Positions 47,301-58,700 of a DNA stretch of 64,000 bases are shown piece after piece (positions within the stretch are counted from its first letter, which is position 1; each line of letters begins with the position of its first letter). Source of the DNA: Octopus bimaculoides (Eukaryota); the NCBI RefSeq assembly GCF_001194135.2, contig NC_068981.1:157084979-157148978 (forward strand), written 5' to 3'. The notes under the pieces are model-generated. The model saw nothing but the letters and a program-made list of their open reading frames with translations, was not told where the DNA came from and ran no database searches. A program made the position numbers and the translations under genes.

Positions 47301-50300
47301 GAGAGGAAGAGAAGCAAATACATAAGCAAGGTTTAGGTGGAGGTGATACTCTTGAGTTCTAATGGCATTGATAGAGAACCAAAAGGAAGAGATAATGTTG
47401 GTGGATTAATGACTGGCCCCATTAATGAGTTTGGTTAGGCAGATGACCTTCATTTCTATTTATTTATTTTCATGTGGGGTAATTTCAGCCTCAAGATAGA
47501 CAGCAGTCTGTTGGCTGGATGAAGCAACCATAACTGTCTTTTTTCTCTTTATATGGTGACTTAATTTATCTTTATGAGCATACATTCATTGTCAGTTGTT
47601 ATAACAACTGACAATGAATGTCAGGACTATAATGTTAGACTATTATACAATTTTGTTTAAAATAGAATTATTTATTGATAAATCCACACCCATTTCAACA
47701 AGACAGCAGTAGTATCAACAAGATTTGTGGTTTGAAGTTCCAGAACTTACCACTTTCTTGTGATTCAGAACATTCTAGTTTTGCACTTTCATCAACATAC
47801 ACATTTCCATCTCTAATAAGCCAGATAACACCACCAACAAGTTGAATAAAGTCTTTGGCAACAATATCTATTTCAGATAAATACCTGAAGAAGTAAAGCA
47901 TATTAGAAAATTAAGAAACAGACATTTATAAACAGTGAATAGCTTTTGAAATACACTGTCAAATGCAGTACAATCAGTGTCAAAAATGACTTTAATGAGA
48001 ACATATTTTCAAAAAGTAGAGTTAAGAATAACTAAATCAATTAGTAAATGGATGCACTGCTAACCTGCTAACCCACATGATACTGAATTCAATCCCTGTA
48101 GCTGTGCCTTTATTTTTTATTTCAAAATCAAGTGGTTAGTTATAAAATTTAGTATTTCCCTAAGGCTTGCTTGAATGCTCATTTCACTTGCTGCTAGACT
48201 TGTCCATACATCTATCTATTCGTCCAAACTTTCAAAGTCTATTGCTTTCACCATTTGGTTTTAAATACTAAATTCACTCCCTGATCTTACTGGAGTTCTT
48301 TCCTTTGGTTGTTTCCTTAAGGAATTAAACATCTTTTACAGTGGTATAAAATTCTAACCACACAGTTCTAATACCAGTACATAATATTCTAACATCCTAC
48401 AATCACAACCATTGTACCTAATATTGTAACCTAATACCCTCAACCTACTGTCATAATTCATACATCACAGTAGACTAAGATGCTAACTTAACAGCTATAG
48501 TACCTCATAGAAAAGTGGTTGCTCCTCATACATGATACTGCAAGCCAAGACATCTTTAGTTACAAAACCTCTAGTTACAAAAACAATCACTATCTAAATG
48601 ATTCTGACAAAAAAAATTTTAATCAATTAGAAAATTGGAATACAGTGAGAATGAATTTGATCTTTACTGGTATGGCAACAAACTCCAGACATATTTTTGG
48701 TTTTATTAGACCTTATCAGGAAAACATTGTTTTAACTGCATGTCTAATATGACTAGAGAAGTATACAAAATGTTTGAGATTTAAAACAGAATGGATATTT
48801 TCCCCTAGACACTTTTTAAAGCTATTACAGCGTTCTGAGTCCATTCCTCCAAATTTTATATACTCCTTAGGCATGTAAGCTTTGCAGTAAGTTAAACTAT
48901 GTTTTGCTGAGGTGGTTCAATAAAACTGAAATATGTCTAAAGCTGCCATTATACTGTTAAAGACTAGACTTGCCCCATACTGCACTCTACATCATACAAT
49001 AGGGTAGAATGATAACTATGAAGCTCATAGTTACTACATACACTAGTTAGCTCTCCAATATTACAGATATTTTCCTTACCCAAAATATAACATTCCATCT
49101 TTTGTAATACCAAAGTGAACATTCTGAATACCTCCTGAATCTTTAACAAGATGAGCATTACTCACAACATTACCTGTAAATATAAAATATAGAATGATTA
49201 AATATATGCTTTGATGCTTCATGTATCAAATATATGCATGTGTTTGGGCAGTTATACAAAACAAACAAGGAAAGACATAAAAATGTGAGAGTCAAGTGAG
49301 ACTTGAAATTATCTTTTCTTGGTGTCTTAATATAATTATTCCTTTATTTCAAGCCTGCTAAAAAAATTTTTAAACACATGTTTTCCGAAAAGAAGACAGC
49401 TATTATGAAGGAGATAATCATTTCTTTATATTTGAAATTAAGGAATTATGAAGAAAAAAAGATAATTCATTTTTTTTCTTTACTTATTATGTTCTTACAG
49501 TTTCTAATTGGTGGTAATCATGTAAAGCACTATTTCATTCGTTTTAGAAACTGTCAGCATGATATAACCTATGAATTGTTAATTAAACATTTTATGAAGA
49601 GAGACATTTCATTAAAGATGAAAATAATAGCAACCTGGAGGAATTTCGTAATTTTTTCAAAATTTTTTTTCTTTTATAGAATGCTAATAATTAAGGAACT
49701 GAGACAAATGAGAGAATGTTTTTAGTGTTTATATAGAAAATAGCTGTTTCAAGGGGAATTCTATAGAAGCCAATAATTTCAGTTTAACTTACAACAACTC
49801 TATGAATTATTTTGCAATATAGTCTTTGCAGTGTGTACAACTATTTCAAATTGTTATTTCTTAATAGAAATCCATCATGTATGAAGTCAAATGGGCACCT
49901 ATACATAAATAGATGGACCTAGACCTTTATGAACAATTTAAAATGGATTCTTGTGAAATCACAGGAAAATTTTTTATTTTTTATTAATTACATTAGTGCT
50001 CTTGTATTCACATTAAATTAAAAGTTCTTATGACAGTGTCTCAGCTTTTATATGGAACAATCAAAAACAAAATCTGGTAAAATAAGTCAAAACAGAATTT
50101 TCTCTAATCAGTTTCAGAGCTACACATAATAAATATCAAAGCATTAATGTCATAAGCTTATGGTTTTTCCATCTACTTTTTCCATGGTGTTATGGGTTTC
50201 ATGAGATTTTTGGCGGCAGTATGCAGACATGAACTCTTACTTGTTTTCAAGTAACTTACTTTATGTTTTCAGATGTTTAACTGCTGTTAGATGATTTTGT

Positions 50301-50384
50301 TTACAAGAGGCATAAACAATGCCTTCATTGACAAAATGGTGTCAATGTGAAAAAATATGGAGACGCTCACACACATACCTATAT

Positions 50385-50431
<47 letters not shown>

Positions 50432-53400
50432 ATGCGTGCATGTATATCTCATCATCATCATAATTTTAATGTCCACTTTTCCATGTATACGAGGGTTGGG
50501 ATGGAATTTATTGTGGCAGATTTTTCTATGGCTAGATACTCTTCCTGTCACCAACTTTCACCTGTATTCAAGTAAGGTAATATTCCTTCATGGCCAGATA
50601 TGTTTTCATGGAAGATTGGAAACAAAGGACACTGCTTGTATGATGCAAAGTCAAAACAAGGAAATGCTAACATATACACACATGCACAAACATATACATA
50701 TATATAAATATGAATATACTTGATAGGATTTTTAGTTTCCACCTATCAAACTCACTCATAAGGCTTTGGTTGGCCTGAGACCTATAGTGCCACTTACACA
50801 TACACACAGACACAGAACAGTCTTCCTTACAGTTTCACTCACAGCACTGGTTATCCCGAGGATATAGAAGGTACTTGTCTAAGGTGTATCACAGAAGGAA
50901 CAAACCTAAAGTCATATAATTGCAAAGTTAACTTCTAAATCACATGCTCAAGCCTGCACCTTAGGCATAATCTTTTATCTTTTACTTGTTTCAGTCATTA
51001 GATGGCAACCATGCTGGGGTACAGGCATCAGCAAAAGAAACACATCAAGTTCTCACATTGTTATTTCCTTTTGTCACTTCGTATATCTGTTCAAATGCCC
51101 ACCCAACTATATTAAAAAAATAAAATTACATTTACAGTCCAATAAGGTAACTGATTGCTGTTTGTAGGAAAGTCAAATGTACTTTATATGCAACATGAAT
51201 GGAAAATAAATGTTGGATAAAAGTGTGGCATTAGCTGATGGTTGCAGAGAATGAAAATTTGACACAACTATGAACACTAGATGCTATGTTAATGACTGGA
51301 AATAAAATCTGTCATCAAGTTAATTATATATTTATGTACCTATGTACTTGTTATTTATGAGATTAAGTTACATTTCAATTTGTCATGTGGGAGATGACAA
51401 ATCTAAGTGCTTTTCGTATTATAGACAATATCACTTTGACAGCGAAAAAATAAAGATAAGAGTTAAAATAACATGAAGAGCTATTTTCAACTGAAAAAAA
51501 AAACATTTTTGAAATGTGAAACAATAAAATACTAAACTGTTTACCTGAGAAAAAAAAATTACAACAACAAAAACGTCCTGTATTACCTACACATTCCCCT
51601 GTATGTGTGTTGAAGAAACCTGCATTGGTCGCAGCTAAACAGTTCATACGTTTAGCACTCTCTAACACTGTTGCTCTTACTGAAGAATTTTTGTTATTGC
51701 AGCTGTTAGGTTCCAGAGGTTCTAAAACACTGAGTGTCTGCCAGGGATAGTTAATGAGCTGGTAGTGAATTGTGATATGACGCTCACTGAACATATCACC
51801 ATACTTTTTAATCATGTACTTTGATATAACCAAAGGTGGTGGAATGTCTGTTGGATCACTACCATTGCTCTTGTAAGCAGCATGTATGGAATAAGTCATG
51901 TCTCCATATTTGGCTTGTTGGCAGCTGCGAACATACCTGTTGCTATGTCGTGGTCCGTGATGGCCGTGGTACGGCAAAAGTAAGTCCATGCCATTGACAT
52001 CCAATCTACAGGGAAATAAATCATACAAATAAAAATTGATTTCTAATACTGACACAACACCACACATTTATAAGGAAGATGTATAGCATATAGTGTATTA
52101 TTGTACTTAATATATTGATTACAGAGAAATGAAGTGCAAAACCAAGAATTAAATGAAAAAGGGAGATAGAAATTTTCTTATTTATTTGAATTAAAATACT
52201 TATGTTTTATTTATAGAATATTCTTAACCCTTTTGATACCAACCCACGTAAAACTACACCTGGTTCTATGATGCAAATTTCTTGTTTTAAAGTAACTTAA
52301 GTCAAAATCTTCCAGCAAAGGTTCATGTTATGTTCCAAATATCAGATTACTAATGGTTTAAATGTTGACACAAGGCCAGCAATTTCGGGAGAGGGAGTAA
52401 GTCGATTACATCAACCCCAATGCTCAGCTGGTACTTACTTTATCAACCTTGAAAGGAGGGATCACAGGTTCAAATCTCAGACCAGGCGATGTGTGTGTTT
52501 ATGAGTGAAACACCTAAGCTCTGGCAGAAGGTGATGGTGAACTTCTGCTGATTCTTTTGCCACAACCTTCTCTCACTCTTTCCTCCTGCATCTAGCAGCT
52601 CACCTGTGATGGACTGGTGTCCCATCCAGGTGGGGAACCTATACACCAATGAAACTGGGAAACTGGCCCTTATGAGCCAGGTATGGCACGAGAAGGAACA
52701 ATCAACAACAACATGTATATAAAAGCAAAATATAAACTAGAACCTCATTACACTCAAATGAAAGATTTAGATAGGGACAAAACAACAGAAAAGGTTAAAA
52801 ATACAGGAATTTCAAACCATCATCATTTACTGTCCATGATTCATACAGCCATGTGTTGAATGATTTGACAGGACCAAACAAGCCCAAAGACTGCATTGTG
52901 CTCCAGTGTCTGCTTAGAATGGTTTCTACAGCTAGATGCCCTTCTTAATGCTAACCACTTTACATTGTGTACTGTGCTGTTTTTTTTCTGTAGCACCAGC
53001 ATTAGTAAGATTCTCATACAGCTTGCAAGACTAAGAACTCTGGGGTAGTCAGCTTTATGCAAGGAGATAAGGGGTCAAATTATGAGAGAAGAGACCAGGG
53101 CAGAAAGGGTTTATTGCTGTGGAGGAGCTACATCATTGGTCACATTTTAGAAGAGAGGGTGGGATTGATCAGGGTGGAACTGGAAAGAAATAAAAAGAAT
53201 GGTAATGAGATGTCAGGATAAACCCTCAAGGTATGAATGAGGTGAGTAGAAATGAGTGGGGACAGAAGAACTGGAAGTATGGGTGGAGAGTGCATGGGTT
53301 ATATGTTGGCTGAATGATAATTAGGGGAGGTAGGTGACAACTGTATAGATTAAGTAGGATTGAGGGATGGATGTAGTGCAAAGTGAAAAAGGTGTAGGGT

Positions 53401-55688
53401 AATCAGTGATGCATATGAGCTGGAAGAAGGTAGGGAAGAGTAGGAGATGACTGACAGTAAAGAAAAATGTGGGCAGTGGTGAAGAGCACCAGAATAGTAA
53501 TGACAATACAGTAGACAGAGGAAGGATGAGAGAGACAGATGGTGTGTGGTTGCGTAGGTTATAAGAGTGTGTGTGTGTGTGTATGTGTGTGGAGAGGAAA
53601 CAGGAATGTTGATGTATAGTAAAGACAGAGGAAAAAATGAAAGGAAAACCATTCTGAGGTCAATACTCTGCAAGATTGCAAAAAGTAGAAGTAAGGTCTA
53701 CTTGGTCAGTACTGGTCTCAATAGGTCTGCTCAAACAAGGGTGACTTGATTGGGGAGACCTTTGATGAAATGGCTCAAAAGCTCAAGACTAAATAGCAGA
53801 AATGGAATGTCTGAATTTAGTTGGACAAAATCAATACTTAGGGATAACAAAAAAACAAACAACAACCCTACCCATCAAAAACCAAAACAAAAAAACAAGA
53901 GGCTACCATTAAGTAGTAGAGTAGATAAAGATGACGCTGATGATATTATAATGCTTTGATTTAGGAGGCACTAGCTAGTAGTTTTGAGATGATGAGGTTA
54001 GTCAGTACCATCAACCCAAGTACATGACTGGTACCTTATCATATCAACTCTGGAGGGATAAAAAGGCAATTTCGTTGATGAGCTCCAGTATATTACTGGT
54101 ACTTCTATGAAATTAGAAACCAAGAGGAAAAAAAATGTTAATTTTGATATGGATGTGATGCAGAAAAGGGCTACACTGGGAGATAAACATTACCAAGCTG
54201 AAGTTGGTACCACAAAGTTTTTGTTCTAATGATTTACGACCTTAGTTATATGCATTCAGTATTTATTATTGGTTAGAAACCATGTTTGTCTATAAACATA
54301 TGTGCTGCTGTAGAATTGAAATGACAGTAAAATGTGTAAATGGTAATGGTAATCAATAATAAAGCGGAACAGATGTTTATTAGCTTATATTTTCAAACAA
54401 CTGCTTTCAGTAGAGAGTCATCCGAGAAAATCTATAGCTAAATGTAGTCTAACAACAAAGCATTACCTATTTTTTATATTGTCAATTTTTTTGTGTGAAA
54501 CATCAATAGTCAAAATTCTCAGGTAACGATGATATTTTGTAAACCTAATTCAGAATGCAGTGTTGCATTTAAAATGATATGTTAAGCATAGGGGTCAGTG
54601 AAATGGCATTTCATGTTCTGATTTGTGTTGTGTCAATTGAAGAAAAAAAATCAATGACTGTCATATCAACAAAAATTTATATGCATAAAAGATATAGAAA
54701 TAATTTTTTTATTCTCAAACACGCGATAATGCTAATAAAATAGCGTGATCAGGATGAATTATCCGTACATTGCAGAAAAATATGTTACCGGCTAGCCATG
54801 AAACTCAAACTCACATCCCTGTGATAATGTGTCAAATGCTTTACCATTAAGCTAAACTGCCCAGTAACAAATTCTTCTGCAATTTTAGAACTTATAGATT
54901 TAGCTTCATAAGATGCTAATGTTAAATTCAACTTATGATGAAAGTAAACAAACAAAGTTTGTTTTAAAAGCGTTGAGATGTATTGAAAGATACAGAAATA
55001 AAAAAAATTATTTCTGTATCTTTCAATACATCTCAACGCTTCTAAAACAAACTTTGTTGTTGCCTTTCATTGTAAGTTTTATATGCATAAACTTTTGTTG
55101 AGAGTGCCAAAACTTTCCCAGGTGAAGAGGGCACCCCACAATGTAGTTTAGTTGTTAACAACTTCAGGATCAGGGCTAAATGGAATCACCACTGAGATGC
55201 TTGAAATATCTGGTGGAGTAGGATATAGCCTAGTCACCCGTATAGTTAATCAGGTTGTCCATGAGAAAGTCATATCCAATAATTGATGTAGTAGCATTAT
55301 AGTCAATTGCTAAAAAGGCAAAGGTGATGCCGTAGACAGAAATAATTACAGATGTATCAAACTGTTGGATCAGGTGATGAAAGTTACAGAGAAGGTCATA
55401 ACCCAACCAGTTAGGAAGAAAGTTAGTGTAGATGAAATGCAGTTCAGATTTGTGCCAGACAGGAGCACGACTGATGCTATATTCCTGGTTAGGCAACTGC
55501 AGGAGAAATAGTTCTATATTTAAGAGATGAAGAATTAGGTACATTTACATTATTTACATTTGACAGATATTTGTCCTCATCTTGTTTGCTGGTAACACGT
55601 TTCGGCTGATATACCCTCCAGCCTTCATCAGTTGTCTTGGGAAAATTTCGAACCTGGGTTCTCATTCCTAAGGTATTTTTCGATATTA

Positions 55689-55733
<45 letters not shown>

Positions 55734-58700
55734 TTACTGCCTGGAATCAAACTCGGAATCTTGGGGTTAGTAGCCCATGCTCTTAACTACTACGTCATAT
55801 GGCGTAGTAGTTAAGAGCATGGGCTACTAACTCCAAGATTCTGAGTTTGATTCCAGGCAGTGAACTGAATAATAATAATAATATCGAAAAATACCTTAGG
55901 AATGAGAATCCAGGTTTGAAATTTCTTCAAGACACCTGATAAAGGCTGGAGGGTATATCAGCTGAAATGTGTTAACAACAAACAAGATGAGGACAAATAT
56001 CCATCAAATGTAAATAATGTAAATAATGCAGGAGAAATATGTAGCCAAAAATAAACCCTTGTACCTGGCTTTTGTCGACATGGAGAAAGCCTTTGACAGA
56101 GACGCTGCTCCCTTATCTGGTAGTCGATGTGGAAGCTAGGGATAGATGAGTGGTTGGTGAGAGTTGTACAAGCCATGTACAGGGATACTGTCAGTAAGTT
56201 AGCAATGAGTATAGTGATGAATTTATGGTACAAGTAGAAGTTCACCAAGGATCAGTCCTCAGCCCCTATTGTTCATCATAGTCCTCCAGGCAATAACAGG
56301 AATTTAAGGTGAGCCGCCCCTGGGAGGTCCATTATGCTGATGACCTTGTTCTTATCACTATCAGAACTTGAAAAGAAATTTCAGACATATGGAAGCAAGG
56401 TCTAGAATCAAAGGGCCTTAGAGTTTATCTAGCAAAAACTAGTTGATATAACCCTTGAGCTTTACTGAATACTTTGCTTTAACAATAATACAATAAACCT
56501 AAAGATAATTTGTTCAATGCACAAGATAGATACTTGTGTGAGGAAAAGACTTGGGATAAACCACATTGGTATATGTTTCATCAACCCTATAAGTGGCTGA
56601 TCAACAAATAAATCTAGCAAAAACCAAAATCTTTGTAAATAGGAGAGCAGACAAATCACAAATCCCTTTAGGGAGACAGCCTTGCTTGATCATAGTGTAA
56701 GCTATGGACATGTAAAAGTGCAGCAATATCAGAGAAAGGTTAACAGGGAAAATAGTTTTTGTGTGTGGAAGGTGCACAGGTACAATTAACACTAAAAATG
56801 TACAGAAAATAGACTCCATCAAATGCCAGGTGAAATCTAGAAGTAGTTGATAACTTCCATTACCTAGGTGACCAAGTCAGTAGCGGGGGTGCATGTTCTG
56901 AGAGTGTAGCTGCTAGAATAAGAATTGGCTGGGCAAAGTTCAGAGAGCTCATACCTCGGCTGGTAACAAAAGGCCTTTCTCTCAGAGTGAAAAGCAGACT
57001 GTATGATGCCTGTGTGTGAACAGCCATGCTACATGGCAGTGAAACATGGGCTGTGACTGCCGAGGAAATGCGCAGGCTTGTAAGAAATGAAGTTAGTATG
57101 CTTCACTGGATGTGTAATGTCAGTGTGCATGCATGACAAAGTGTAAGTGTCTTGAGACAAAAGTTGGGCATAAGTGGCATCAGATGTAGTGTGCAAGAGA
57201 GACAACTGCACTGGTATGGTCATGCGATGCATATAGACAAGGATAGCGGTGTGAAGAAGTGCCATACTCTAATGGTGGAGCAAACCTGTGGAGGAGGTAG
57301 ACTCAGGAAGACATGGGAATGAGGTAGCATCCATGCTGGTGGTATGTAAAAAGCACCCACTACACTCTTGGAGTGATTGGCATTAGTAAGGGCAACCAGC
57401 TGTAGAAACCATGCCAAATCAGATTGGAACCTGGTGCAGCTCTCCAGCTTACCAGTTTTCAGTCAACCCGTCCAACCTATGTCAGCATGGAAAGCAGACA
57501 TTAGATGATGATGATGACAGACATCAATTTTCAATTGAAGTAGCATTAATCATAAGGTGGAATCTTATTTCTATACTTATCATTAGAGTTAGCATGAAAA
57601 AAAAAACATGAAAAAACAACAATGTGATACTTATTAGTGTTGTCATGATGATGATCATGATGGTTACCATCATTTAATATACACTTTATCTTACTTGATT
57701 GGTTCAGACAGAATTTGTTGAGGCAGATTTTTCTGTCACTGGATGCCCTTTCTATCACCAATCTTCACTTGTTTCCAAGTAAAGTAATGTTTCTCCATGG
57801 CCAGTCATATTCACAAAAGACTAGTAAGAGAGAATACCACTTGTATGACAGTGATGCTCATTTCCAAACTATCACATATACACATATATCTATGTGTGAG
57901 AATTATGGGCTTCTTTCAGTTTCCATCTACCAAATCCACTCACAAAGCTTTTGTTGGCCCAAGGCTATAGTTGAAGACACTTGGCCAAGATGTCACACAG
58001 TGGGACTGAACTCAAAACCATGTGTTTGGGAAGCAAACTTCTTAACCACATAGCCATGTGGTCAAGAAGTTCACTCCTTAAACAGACAGCTTTGGGTTCA
58101 GTCCCACTGTGCAGCACCTTTGACAGATGTGTTTCAGTTACAAGTGAATTTGGTTGATGGAAACTCCATGAATCCTGTCTCACACACACGTGTGTGTGTG
58201 TGAGACAGGATTCATGGAGTTTCCATCAACCAAATTCACTTGTAACTGAAACACATCTGTGTATGTATGCATGTTTACATTGCGTGTACTTCTCTTGAAA
58301 AAGTACTGAGCTGCATGTAATGAAATTTGCTGGAATTTCCTTGTCAACAAATCATCCACTGCTTTTGTACTTTTAACCCTTTAGCATTCAGATTATTCTA
58401 TCAAATGTAATACTTATTTATTCACATTGATTTGAATTAGTCATGCATTACCTTGTAGCTTTGAGGTTTCAATAATGTTACTGTTTATTTTTAGAAAAAC
58501 ATTGTAGAGTAGGTGTGAGAGGCTGGATCTGACCAGTTTGAAGATAAAACAGGTAGATTATTTTGGTCAGATATGGCTGGTTTAAACGCTAAAGGTTAAA
58601 GACAAGTAGAATACGATACCCTGTACTTGAAAAACAGGTAAGGGTCAGCAACTGGAAGGACACATGTTTATAAAACATTGCCTCAATAATATATATTTGC

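Noticed and set aside
54785-55036. MASR|gtaaca as a phase-2 candidate for NAGPA exon 1
   Set aside because: No signal peptide, overlaps a tRNA-like remnant and a palindrome; 61481-61539 fits better in sequence and promoter context
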